This document shows, one piece after another, positions 1 through 9,158 of a DNA stretch of 64,000 nucleotides (positions are counted from its first letter, which is position 1; each line of letters begins with the position of its first letter). The notes under the pieces are model-generated. The model was not told the origin of the DNA and did not search any database. It worked only from the letters and a program-made list of their open reading frames with translations. A program made the translations under genes and the position numbers. Source of the DNA: Flavobacteriales bacterium (GTDB lineage: Bacteria; Bacteroidota; Bacteroidia; Flavobacteriales; UBA1820); contig JAGAUI010000035.1 of assembly GCA_017620815.1 (NCBI GenBank), positions 11,632-75,631 of the forward strand. Direction: 5' to 3'.

Positions 1-897
1 GATGAGTTTAAGAAAGCTCCTGTGGAGCAGAAAAAAGAGATAGGGCAGGCTCTTAATCGCCTTAAAACTGCTGCTACAGAACGTGTTTCTACTGCACGTG
101 AACAGATGGAAGCAGCTGCCGATGCCAATGCCGAAAAGAGCGACCTTTCACGTCCTTCGCTCACTCTACCCATAGGCTCTCGTCACCCAATATCACAGGT
201 ACGCCGCCAAGTGGTGGATATATTTTCTCGTATAGGTTTTACACTTTCAGACGGCCCCGAAATAGAGGACGATTGGCATAATTTCACTGCTCTTAACCTG
301 CCAGAATATCACCCTGCTCGTGATATGCAGGATACGTTCTTTATCCAGACATGCCCAGATATCTTATTGCGTACACAGACCAGTTCTGTGCAGGCACGTC
401 ATATGGAGAAAAACCAACCTCCTATCCGTATCATATCTCCGGGACGTGTCTTCCGTAACGAAGCCATAAGCTATCGTGCCCACTGTATGTTCCACCAGAT
501 AGAGGGACTGTACATAGACAAAAACGTGTCATTTGCCGACCTTAAACAGACACTTCAGTATTTTACACAGGAAATGTTTGGTAAGTCCAAGATACGTTTG
601 CGTCCTTCATATTTCCCATTTACAGAACCATCGGCCGAGGTTGACGTATATTGGGGACTGGAAACAGAAGCCGATTATCGTATTACCAAAGGTACTGGTT
701 GGCTGGAGATAATGGGTTGTGGTATGGTTGACCCAAATGTGTTGCGTAATGTAGGCATAGACCCAGACGTATATACAGGATATGCGTTTGGTATGGGTAT
801 AGAACGTATGGCGATGCTCTTATACCAAATCAAGGACTTGCGTCTGTACTTTGAAAATGACGTGCGTTTCTTGCGTCAGTTCAGCGAAGTGCTTTAG
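1..897 (+). CDS. pheS: Phenylalanine--tRNA ligase alpha subunit, 5'-truncated by the window edge
   Basis: The frame is open from nt 1 (DEFKKAP precedes the GTG listed at 22). Class II aaRS motifs are present: HPARDMQDTFF, FRNEAISYRAHCMFHQIEG, GMGIERMAML. Confidence 0.95.
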   Translation, partial: DEFKKAPVEQKKEIGQALNRLKTAATERVSTAREQMEAAADANAEKSDLSRPSLTLPIGSRHPISQVRRQVVDIFSRIGFTLSDGPEIEDDWHNFTALNLPEYHPARDMQDTFFIQTCPDILLRTQTSSVQARHMEKNQPPIRIISPGRVFRNEAISYRAHCMFHQIEGLYIDKNVSFADLKQTLQYFTQEMFGKSKIRLRPSYFPFTEPSAEVDVYWGLETEADYRITKGTGWLEIMGCGMVDPNVLRNVGIDPDVYTGYAFGMGIERMAMLLYQIKDLRLYFENDVRFLRQFSEVL

Positions 898-935
898 TTA
901 TAGAAAGCCATATTCTTGATATACATCATAGATAA

Positions 936-961
936 TCCCCGCCTTTGGCGGGGATTTTTTA
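936..961 (+). terminator. Rho-independent terminator after pheS
   Basis: Hairpin ccccgcc-tttg-gcgggg followed by a T-run. Confidence 0.8.
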
Positions 962-1029
962 TAGGATTTGTTTTGTCTATTAAAACATCTGAAATTTTTA
1001 TGTGTTGATGTTGTTTTCAGCGACTATAA

Positions 1030-1881
1030 ATGTTACTTTTGAAAAAAATAATAAAGATTATGTATCAGAGTATAATAGACGCATTATCAAGTATGCCGGT
1101 ATATCTATCGGCTCTTTTGGCTGCCACTTTTACTTGGCTGATGACGACACTGGGTGCAGCGGTGGTGTTCATGTTTAAAAAGATTCATCGCCGTACGATG
1201 GATATAACACTGGGTGTGGCTGGTGGAGTGATGTTGGCAGCGGGATTTTTCTCTCTCTTAAATCCTGCGTTTGAGATGGCAGAAACGCTTCCATATCCTG
1301 CGTGGGTGGCTCCGTCGGTAGGGTTTGTACTGGGAGCATTGTTTTTATATGTGCTTGACAGGGCTATTCCTCACCTGCATCCCAATATGACAGACGGCAC
1401 ACCAGATGGTAAGCCTTCTTCTCTTCATCGTTCGACTCTACTTATACTAGCTATCACCCTTCACAATATCCCCGAAGGTCTGGCAGTAGGTGTGGCATTT
1501 GGTGCGGTGGCTACGGGCATGGAAGGTGCTACTATAGGGGCTGCTGTCTCGTTGGCTATAGGTATGGGATTGCAGAACGTGCCAGAGGGTATGGCGGTAT
1601 CCACTCCACTACGTGCATTGGGTTGGGGACGTACCAAAAGTTTCCTATATGGACAGGCAACGGCTATAGTAGAGCCTATATCGGCTGTGGTGGGTGCGGT
1701 GGCCGTGGTTGTTTTCTCTCCGCTACTACCTTACATACTTTCATTTGCTGCCGGTGCTATGATATATGTCGTGGTAGAGGAAGTTATCCCAGAGACACAA
1801 CGTGATAAATATGCCGATAGTGCAGTGTTGGGACTTATAGCAGGATTTGTACTGATGATGATACTGGATACTTCATTGTAA
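1030..1881 (+). CDS. ZIP-family divalent metal (zinc) transporter
   Basis: Multi-pass hydrophobic protein with ZIP signatures HNIPEGLAVG and QNVPEGMAV. The ATG at 1060 is an alternative start. Confidence 0.8.
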   Translation: MLLLKKIIKIMYQSIIDALSSMPVYLSALLAATFTWLMTTLGAAVVFMFKKIHRRTMDITLGVAGGVMLAAGFFSLLNPAFEMAETLPYPAWVAPSVGFVLGALFLYVLDRAIPHLHPNMTDGTPDGKPSSLHRSTLLILAITLHNIPEGLAVGVAFGAVATGMEGATIGAAVSLAIGMGLQNVPEGMAVSTPLRALGWGRTKSFLYGQATAIVEPISAVVGAVAVVVFSPLLPYILSFAAGAMIYVVVEEVIPETQRDKYADSAVLGLIAGFVLMMILDTSL

Positions 1882-1905
1882 TCTATATAACACTACCCCC
1901 AAAAA

Positions 1906-1943
1906 CGCGGGTCGGTTTTATCTCTCGATAAAACCGACCCGCT
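1906..1943. terminator. Bidirectional terminator between convergent genes
   Basis: Long perfect hairpin gcgggtcggttttat / ataaaaccgacccgc lying between the stop codons at 1881 (+) and 1973 (-). Confidence 0.75.
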
Positions 1944-1972
1944 CGCTGTATAGCGACAATTATTGGTGTTTT

Positions 1973-4900
1973 TTATTTCTTTTCTTCAAAGAAATCCATT
2001 ACCTTGCCTAGTAGTTCTGTGCGAGCTTTTTCACCGCATACTACTTCTATGGGGAAACCGATGATAACAGTCTTGTAGTTTTCTCCATTGTATGCCGATG
2101 CAGCACCTATGTTGTTTTCCTTATAACGCATGATGCAGTAGGCGTCTTTTCCGTATGGTTCTACGCCATCGGGAGATTCCACGCAATATATCTCATCATT
2201 TGGTTCGGTAACAAATGTATATGAACCTCCTACATATCCTAGCGGAGTGGTAGTCGCTCCTACACGACCTGTGCGGGCAGCACCGTCTGTCATCCATCGG
2301 AATTTCAAGACCTCTTTTGCAAAATCCATAGCTTCTTTGTCTTTATTAAGGCCTTTTTCACTGTCCCATATGTCTGTTCCTACATAAGCTCCACTTACCA
2401 CTATATTACCACCTGCGGCAGTAAGCTCTGTGATAGCTTGGCGGAGTTCTGGAGTGAATGCTTCGTAATCTATGCGGTTGCGGTTATGACCTAGAACACT
2501 CTGGCGTTGTTTTCCTAGTATAAGGTCCACGTTTTTATATTCTGCTAGTTTTACATCTCCTTTTTCTACCGCTGCTCTAGAAGACGATACAAACGAATAA
2601 CCTAGAGCTGCAAAACTACGTCCGTGAGTATATGGATAATTAAATGTGTTACCAGCTATAACCATAGTTTCATAGTCTGCATCGGATGCACCAAAACCAG
2701 CAGAATCGTCATCCATCCAAGGTATAGAACGGCGGAATTCGTGTTGAGAGCCTATGTAGCATATATCGTTGATATAAGGTACACCGCGGTCTTTGTTATC
2801 TTGGAATCCTGCAAATGTGCTATCTGGAGATGCAAAGCTGGCAGGAGCACCTACTCTATCAAATCCGTTTACTATCATCACTACTCCTTTTTCATTAACG
2901 GCACGGTATGCAGAAAGTGTTTCTGAATCCATACTTTCTCCACCCTTGTTTACAGCAGTCACTTTCCATGAATATATCTGTCCGGGTGTTATCTGTGCGG
3001 TGAATTCTGGGCTATCTACTTTTACTCCCCCATCAAATGCTCCATCACCTATACGAGTATATACTATGTATGAGTCTGGTGTGGCTGTAGCCTCTAGAGA
3101 ATCTATAACTGGTCTCCATGATAGTTTAACCATGTCATTGGCTGTAAATTCTGTTTTAAGCCCTTCTACAGGTAGAGGTTGGATGGTGTAAGGAACGTTG
3201 TTACGAGCGGCTATGAATTTGACCATCCCTTTATATATAGCACGAGAGACTATAAAACGGAAACGAGGGTCTAGTCCTAGACGCATGTCTGAAAAGTTCT
3301 GGTGAGAGAGTAGTTCTAGTAGGGTAGATGGTACCTGTGGAGTACGAGATTCGGAATAGTTGCCGTTCATTAGCTGACGACGAGTCCATTCTGGGCATGC
3401 AGAAGAACGTATGTCATCGGCTATCTGTGTCTGGATAATATCGGCTATGTCGCGGTTGTCATAACGTGAAGTTCCATTTGCAAACGTAGTAGAGCCTTCG
3501 TTTTTGAGGGTGTAAATCATGAGTGTTCCTACTATCTGGTCACCATAGCGAGTGCCAGCATCTGAATGGAATGCAAATGAAAGGTCCACTGGTATGCCTA
3601 GACCTTCTCTATCGGGAAGGACAGAACTACCACCAGCTATGTAATTCACCCAAGGGCCACGACCACCATAGTCATCGGTATAGTCTTGACCATCATAACG
3701 TGAATATATGCTGTCTGGAATACCAGCCCACTGCATATAGTAACGTGCTGCCTCTGTAAAACGAGGGTATCCGCTTATGATAGGTTCTGGTTTATATCCA
3801 TCTGCCATAGCACGACGGGCATCACCAGACACTTTGGAAGAGTCGTTGGCGGGGGTGCGAGCTATGTTACCCATACCTCCACCTATTTTAAGAGCGTCTG
3901 CAGTAACTATACGGCCGTCTTTGGCACTCTTATTGGATAGTTCTATACGGGCGGCATTTCCCTTATCAAAATCAAATGTGCCTATGTACACCCATGTGCC
4001 ACCGCCCATAGTCTGGTTCACACGGAAAGAGCTTTTACCTCCCTTGTGATATACGGTGTAAGTAGCATCGGGAGCACTGTTTGGCAATGTCTTATATGAT
4101 ACATATACGGCATAGCTGCCTCCTTTTTCAAATGTAGGTTGCCATGTAGCGACACTTTCTTTGCCCTTGCTTACTGTGGAGGCTTGACGGTATGTACCCA
4201 TAGTGAATGGGTTTTCGCCTTCGGTATAGAAAGCTTTTGTGTGAGCAAATCCAGTGCCTTCGCCCTTACTCCAAGGGTTAAGACCGTTCTTTTCATAGTA
4301 TCCGCTACGGGCGTCGTTGTCTGCTATGACTTCCTGTGTCTGTATGTCGCGTTCGCGGGGTAGGATTACCACTGCTCCTGCACGTTCTAGCATAGGAACT
4401 ATGTATGGCAGTACAAAACTCTGTGTGTATAGGTCTTCCACTGTCTGGAAGATACGGGCACGCTGCCACTCCCAACGCAATAGTTTCTGCTCATAATAGT
4501 AACCATGGCTCTGCCACATAGCTATATGACGACCTACAAGACCTTCGGTGGGGGTGTAAGGTCTGTCTAGCGGAGTTACCAGTGATGTAGGATTTTTGGG
4601 TGATTTTTTCTTTTTGGAGGTCTGTGTGTAGAATTTAGGAACCAAATCGTGTATTTCACGACCTTCGCTCATGGCTTTGATTTCGGTTCCGGGTACAGCG
4701 GCACGCAATATGTCATAAATGTGGTCGCATGATTCTTTTCGTAAGGCGTATTGTGCCATAGTAGGAGCGTAATAGATAGTGGCACCAGATGCCGATGTGC
4801 GTATGGAGTCCACTCTTACGCGGGCTATATAACCCAGTGAAGGCCCATTTTTCTCTCGCAAGTATGCGGTGATGGAGTCTGTCTGGGCTCTTAGGATGGT

Positions 4901-4975
4901 GGTGTCTATCTGTGCTGTGGCTAGAGATGATACACCTATCACTAGAGAGAGTAAAGAGAAGATTTTTTTAAGCAT
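1973..4975 (-). CDS. Secreted 1000-aa multidomain protein with an Amidase_3-like (MurNAc-L-Ala amidase fold) core interrupted by a beta-sandwich insertion
   Basis: N-terminal signal peptide (MLKKIFSLLSLVIGVSSLATAQ). HIAMWQSHGYYYE...TVEDLY...ERAGAVVILPRERD resembles the first Zn-ligand half of Amidase_3, and DLSFAFHSDAG about 300 aa later resembles the second His motif. An FN3-like segment and a large C-terminal domain follow. The product name is tentative. Confidence 0.5.
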   Translation of the reverse strand: MLKKIFSLLSLVIGVSSLATAQIDTTILRAQTDSITAYLREKNGPSLGYIARVRVDSIRTSASGATIYYAPTMAQYALRKESCDHIYDILRAAVPGTEIKAMSEGREIHDLVPKFYTQTSKKKKSPKNPTSLVTPLDRPYTPTEGLVGRHIAMWQSHGYYYEQKLLRWEWQRARIFQTVEDLYTQSFVLPYIVPMLERAGAVVILPRERDIQTQEVIADNDARSGYYEKNGLNPWSKGEGTGFAHTKAFYTEGENPFTMGTYRQASTVSKGKESVATWQPTFEKGGSYAVYVSYKTLPNSAPDATYTVYHKGGKSSFRVNQTMGGGTWVYIGTFDFDKGNAARIELSNKSAKDGRIVTADALKIGGGMGNIARTPANDSSKVSGDARRAMADGYKPEPIISGYPRFTEAARYYMQWAGIPDSIYSRYDGQDYTDDYGGRGPWVNYIAGGSSVLPDREGLGIPVDLSFAFHSDAGTRYGDQIVGTLMIYTLKNEGSTTFANGTSRYDNRDIADIIQTQIADDIRSSACPEWTRRQLMNGNYSESRTPQVPSTLLELLSHQNFSDMRLGLDPRFRFIVSRAIYKGMVKFIAARNNVPYTIQPLPVEGLKTEFTANDMVKLSWRPVIDSLEATATPDSYIVYTRIGDGAFDGGVKVDSPEFTAQITPGQIYSWKVTAVNKGGESMDSETLSAYRAVNEKGVVMIVNGFDRVGAPASFASPDSTFAGFQDNKDRGVPYINDICYIGSQHEFRRSIPWMDDDSAGFGASDADYETMVIAGNTFNYPYTHGRSFAALGYSFVSSSRAAVEKGDVKLAEYKNVDLILGKQRQSVLGHNRNRIDYEAFTPELRQAITELTAAGGNIVVSGAYVGTDIWDSEKGLNKDKEAMDFAKEVLKFRWMTDGAARTGRVGATTTPLGYVGGSYTFVTEPNDEIYCVESPDGVEPYGKDAYCIMRYKENNIGAASAYNGENYKTVIIGFPIEVVCGEKARTELLGKVMDFFEEKK

Positions 4976-5030
4976 GATTCTATAATTGTTATAATGATTT
5001 TATCTGTAAAAAGAGGTTTATATATGAGTA

Positions 5031-5038
5031 CAAATATA
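5031..5038 (-). promoter_or_regulatory. Bacteroidota -7 promoter box (TATATTTG) for the 1000-aa gene
   Basis: The reverse complement of caaatata is TATATTTG, which matches TAnnTTTG. It lies about 55 nt upstream of the start at 4975. Confidence 0.4.
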
Positions 5039-5139
5039 CTTAACTTTTCTCTAGGGGCGGATATTTTTTTTGTGTTAATAAATGATGTAGGTGTATAAAA
5101 AATATGAGTAAAGATGAGAAAATAATGCTGTCTAAATAC

Positions 5140-5147
5140 TATCTTTG
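5140..5147 (+). promoter_or_regulatory. Bacteroidota -7 promoter box (TATCTTTG) for holB
   Basis: Exact TAnnTTTG match ending 6 nt before the ATG at 5154. This implies a leaderless or near-leaderless mRNA. Confidence 0.45.
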
Positions 5148-5153
5148 CAGATT

Positions 5154-6263
5154 ATGTCAATGGTGGAAGTAATAGGAAACGGCAATATAAGAGAGGCTCT
5201 GCATCATAGTATGATGCAAGGCAGGGTAAGTCACGCACAGATGTTTGTAGCTCCAGAGGGAGCTGGGGCATTGGCTGTGGCGATAGAGTATGCCTCTAGT
5301 GTGCTGGGGATAGATAGAGAACATATATTCTCATGTCCCGACCTTCATTTTGCATATCCTGTAAATACCACCAAAGACGTAAAAAAAGACCCTGTGAGTG
5401 ATGATTTTGCACCACAATGGAGACGATTTGTGGCAGAAAACGTGTATGGTAGTCTTCAGGATTGGTATGAGATGATAGACATTGAAAACAAGCAAGGTAA
5501 TATCTCTATCCACGAAGCCGAAAAAATAGCCTCAAAATTATCCCTCAAATCATACAGCGGAGGTTACCGTGTGATGATAATATGGCACGGTGAAAAAATG
5601 AATAACGAAGCAGCCAATAAACTGCTTAAACTCATAGAAGAACCCGAAGAAAAGACTCTTATCATACTAGTAACAGATGATGCGGGTTCTATCCTTCCTA
5701 CCATAGCCTCGCGTATGCAGAAGGTAGATATGCGTCGTCCATCACAGGAGGAGATTGCTGTGATGCTTCAGGGTAGGGGAGTAGAAAGACAGCTAGCCTA
5801 TGATATAGCAGGAAACTGTGATGGAAATGTAAGAGAGGCATTATCTATGCTAAAAGGAGAGGAGGATACCTCTCCCTATGGAGAGCTGTTTGTGAGGTTT
5901 GTACGCAGTGCTTTTATGGCAAAAAAGAATGCCGGAGAACTCAATAACCTCATGCTGTGGGCAGATGATGTAAGCAAACTCTCCCGTGAAAACCAAAAAC
6001 AGTTCATACAGTATGCATATGGAGTCTTCCGTGCGGCTCTTATGTGTGGTTATGGTCTAGAGACGATAGCAAGAATGAGAAAACTGCCAGAAGGATTTAA
6101 TTTTGCATCGTTCTGTAATTATGTGCATTCTCGTAATATACAGGAGATATATGATTTGCTATCGGAAGCGGCATTCCATATAGAACGCAATGCTTCGGCT
6201 CGTCTTACATTTCTAGATATGGCGATAAAGATAACACGACACCTTCATGTGAAGGCTGTGTAA
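5154..6263 (+). CDS. holB: DNA polymerase III delta-prime subunit (clamp-loader AAA+ protein)
   Basis: KLLKLIEEPEEKTLIILVT and TIASRMQ clamp-loader motifs, with the degenerate P-loop typical of delta-prime. The TTG at 5145 in the ORF track lies inside the predicted promoter box, so the ATG at 5154 is preferred. Confidence 0.75.
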   Translation: MSMVEVIGNGNIREALHHSMMQGRVSHAQMFVAPEGAGALAVAIEYASSVLGIDREHIFSCPDLHFAYPVNTTKDVKKDPVSDDFAPQWRRFVAENVYGSLQDWYEMIDIENKQGNISIHEAEKIASKLSLKSYSGGYRVMIIWHGEKMNNEAANKLLKLIEEPEEKTLIILVTDDAGSILPTIASRMQKVDMRRPSQEEIAVMLQGRGVERQLAYDIAGNCDGNVREALSMLKGEEDTSPYGELFVRFVRSAFMAKKNAGELNNLMLWADDVSKLSRENQKQFIQYAYGVFRAALMCGYGLETIARMRKLPEGFNFASFCNYVHSRNIQEIYDLLSEAAFHIERNASARLTFLDMAIKITRHLHVKAV

Positions 6264-6280
6264 AATGATATAGAGATAAA

Positions 6281-7618
6281 ATGGAAAAGATATTAGTTAA
6301 AAATGCAACCATCATAGATAGCGGCACTAGACGAGAAGCCGATATCCTTATCAATGATGGTGTGATAGAAAAGATAGATTCTAGTATAGGGCTTTCTCCA
6401 TCTACACGACTAGTGCAGGCAGATGGTATGTATGTGCTACCGGGAGTGATAGACACTCATGTTCACTTCCGCGAACCGGGGCTTACACATAAGGCTACTT
6501 TTGCCAGTGAGTCGTTGGCGGCGGTAGCTGGTGGTGTGACCACAGTGGTAGATATGCCAAACAATATCCCTGCTACTACTACCATAGAAGCATTTGAGGA
6601 TAAGTGTGCTACTGCACGTGAGACATCGGCGGTGAATTATTCGTTTATGGTGGGGGCTACAGCACAGAATATAGACGAGATAAAAAAGATAGATGTAAAA
6701 AGAGTGGCGGCTGTAAAACTCTTTATGGGTTCATCTACTGGAAACATGGCTCTTAAAGAAGATGATAGACTGGAAGAACTCTTTAAGGAAAGTCCTGTGA
6801 TGATAGCCACTCACTGTGAAGATGACGCCATCATCACAGCCAATATGGAAAAAGCTCGTGAAAAATACGGCGAAGACATACCAGCCTTTATGCACGAGAT
6901 AATAAGAGATGAAGAGGCGTGTTTTAATAGCTCTAGAGAAGCGGTAGAGATGGCTCGTAAGACTGGTGCCAGACTGCATTTGCTGCATATAAGTACAGAA
7001 AGGGAACTGGAGCTTATCCAGAATACTGAATTTGACTCTCATAAAATGATTACTGGCGAGGCATGTTCCCATCATCTTTTCTTCTGTGATGAGGACTATA
7101 AACGTCTAGGAAATGTGATAAAAGTAAATCCTTCGGTAAAAAAGGCGAGCGATAGAGATGCTATATGGGAGGCTGTGATATCTGGCCGTATAGACACAAT
7201 AGCTACCGACCATGCTCCACATACGTGGGAAGAGAAAAGCCGTTCTTATCTCTCATGTCCATCGGGAGGGCCTATGATACAGCATTCTCTACTTGCTGTG
7301 CTGGATGAGGTGGCTCACGGACGTCTAACTATGGAGACTGCCGTAGAGCGTATGTGTCATACTCCTGCACGACTATTCCAGATGAAAAACCGAGGATACA
7401 TAAAAGAGGGCTACTATGCCGACATGACTATGGTAGAGCTTAATTCGCCATGGAGGGTACATAAAGAAAATTTGCTCTACAAGTGTGGATGGAGTGCATT
7501 TGAAGATAGAATGTTTTCTTCGCGTGTGAGAATGACTATGGTAGGAGGAAAGTTGGCTTATTCCAATGGTAAAGCTATGCGTTCGGGAGGAGCTAGGGAG
7601 ATAGAATTTGATAGATAA
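6281..7618 (+). CDS. pyrC: Dihydroorotase (cyclic amidohydrolase family)
   Basis: Metal-binding DTHVHFREPG, plus ATHCED, HLLHIST and ATDHAPH motifs. The 445-aa length fits type I dihydroorotase. Confidence 0.85.
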   Translation: MEKILVKNATIIDSGTRREADILINDGVIEKIDSSIGLSPSTRLVQADGMYVLPGVIDTHVHFREPGLTHKATFASESLAAVAGGVTTVVDMPNNIPATTTIEAFEDKCATARETSAVNYSFMVGATAQNIDEIKKIDVKRVAAVKLFMGSSTGNMALKEDDRLEELFKESPVMIATHCEDDAIITANMEKAREKYGEDIPAFMHEIIRDEEACFNSSREAVEMARKTGARLHLLHISTERELELIQNTEFDSHKMITGEACSHHLFFCDEDYKRLGNVIKVNPSVKKASDRDAIWEAVISGRIDTIATDHAPHTWEEKSRSYLSCPSGGPMIQHSLLAVLDEVAHGRLTMETAVERMCHTPARLFQMKNRGYIKEGYYADMTMVELNSPWRVHKENLLYKCGWSAFEDRMFSSRVRMTMVGGKLAYSNGKAMRSGGAREIEFDR

Positions 7619-7628
7619 AATAAAGGCT

Positions 7629-8222
7629 ATGCGTAATACAAAACTGTGGGCTGTATGTGTAGTGGTGTTTATGTGTGCCACTATGGCTACTTCGTGCAAA
7701 TATCGTTATATAGATAAACCAGAACAACTGCTCACTCATGAACAGATGGTGGATATAATATGTGAAGTAGCATATATAGAGGCTCTGGAAGCACGAGGAG
7801 CATTTATACATGACAGTACGCTATCACGCATAGGGAAAAAGGCTTTTTTGCGTCGTATATATCAGAAACATGGTATAAATGGTGAGGTTTTGCGTCAGAA
7901 TAACGACTATTACAGTGAACACAGCAAGGAATATCTAGCTATCTACCGCGAAGCGATGAACCGTATATTGGTAGATGAAAACGAATATGTAGAAAGTGTA
8001 AAACGAGCCGAACGTGAAGCCGCCGAAGCCGCTGAGGCAGCTGTAAGAGCATTTAATGATTCTATCACAGACGCCCGCATAAGAGATAGCATCATTCTGG
8101 CTCGTGAAGATAGTATTATGAGCCTACACCGTGTGAAAGATAAAGACGAAGAAACCACAGAAGTAGAAGATGAATTTGGTACAGGAGGAGGTTGGGTGTT
8201 CCCAAAAAGAAATGAAAAGTAA
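7629..8222 (+). CDS. Lipoprotein, DUF4296-like
   Basis: Signal peptide with a lipobox Cys (VVVFMCATMATSC), then LLTHEQMVDIICEVAYIEAL and an acidic coiled-coil tail. The ATG at 7629 is preferred to the TTG at 7608. The family assignment is from memory. Confidence 0.5.
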   Translation: MRNTKLWAVCVVVFMCATMATSCKYRYIDKPEQLLTHEQMVDIICEVAYIEALEARGAFIHDSTLSRIGKKAFLRRIYQKHGINGEVLRQNNDYYSEHSKEYLAIYREAMNRILVDENEYVESVKRAEREAAEAAEAAVRAFNDSITDARIRDSIILAREDSIMSLHRVKDKDEETTEVEDEFGTGGGWVFPKRNEK

Positions 8223-9156
8223 ACCTTATACAGCTAAAATACTGCTCTTTGGAGAGTATGGCATCATAAAAGATGCTATGGGACTCTCTATACCCTATGA
8301 TTTTTATCGTGGGGCATTGGTCTATAAGGATGACAAGATGAGTGAAGAGAAATCCCGTGAAGCCGATGTGTCAAATGCTGCTCTAGGTGAGTATTGTAGA
8401 TGGATAGAGGAAAATAAAGATTCCCTTACTGCCAGAATAGACACTAGCTCTATGATGGAGGACATAGAAAAAGGTCTTTATTTTGATTCTAGTATTCCGC
8501 TAGGGTATGGAGTAGGTAGTTCGGGGGCAGTAGTGGCTGCCATCTATGACCGTTATGCTATAAATCCTATATCTTCTAGTGATATATCTTCACAGGATAT
8601 CATATGTCTTAAAGGTATATTGGGAGAGATGGAAGGGTATTTTCATGGTAAGAGTTCGGGGCTAGACCCTCTTATATGCTACCTTAACCTGCCTATCCTC
8701 ATCCGTTCATCTAGCGAGATAGATACGGTGGGTATTCCTTCTTCCTCTGATGATGGACGTGGGGCTATATTTCTGCTAGATACAGGGATAAAACATTCTA
8801 CTGGGGCTCTTATAGATGTTTTTTTTGAAAAGATGAAAAACGAGGGTTTCCGCCGAATGATACGCGAAGAATTTACCGCTCTAAGCGATGCGTGTATAGA
8901 TGCCTTCCTTTCTTCTCGCAACGCCTCGCTTATGGAAAATGTGAGAAAATTATCCCGCGTGGTGTATGAACATTTCTCTCCTATGATACCTTCTACTATG
9001 AAAAAACTATGGAAGAAAGGTCTGGAGACAGATGCTTATTACCTCAAACTATGTGGTGCAGGAGGCGGAGGTTTTATGCTAGGCTTTACAGAGGATTTTG
9101 GTAAGACTTCACAGATGTTGGAGGGTTATAATATTCAGCCTATATATAGATTTTAG
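8212..9156 (+). CDS. GHMP-family kinase, mevalonate-kinase-like
   Basis: KILLFGEYGIIKD at the N-terminus, GHMP ATP motif PLGYGVGSSGAVVAAIY, and C-terminal KLCGAGGGGFMLGF. The start at MKSKPY (8212) overlaps the upstream gene by 11 nt. Confidence 0.7.
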   Translation: MKSKPYTAKILLFGEYGIIKDAMGLSIPYDFYRGALVYKDDKMSEEKSREADVSNAALGEYCRWIEENKDSLTARIDTSSMMEDIEKGLYFDSSIPLGYGVGSSGAVVAAIYDRYAINPISSSDISSQDIICLKGILGEMEGYFHGKSSGLDPLICYLNLPILIRSSSEIDTVGIPSSSDDGRGAIFLLDTGIKHSTGALIDVFFEKMKNEGFRRMIREEFTALSDACIDAFLSSRNASLMENVRKLSRVVYEHFSPMIPSTMKKLWKKGLETDAYYLKLCGAGGGGFMLGFTEDFGKTSQMLEGYNIQPIYRF

Positions 9157-9158
9157 AG

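Noticed and set aside
1623-1805. Small nested or out-of-frame ORFs of 60-130 aa are listed inside the ZIP gene, the 1000-aa gene, the dcw genes, dxs, PBP1A, rpoB and others.
   Set aside because: All lie within or opposite longer, motif-supported genes and show Cys/Arg/Ser-rich or otherwise biased junk composition.
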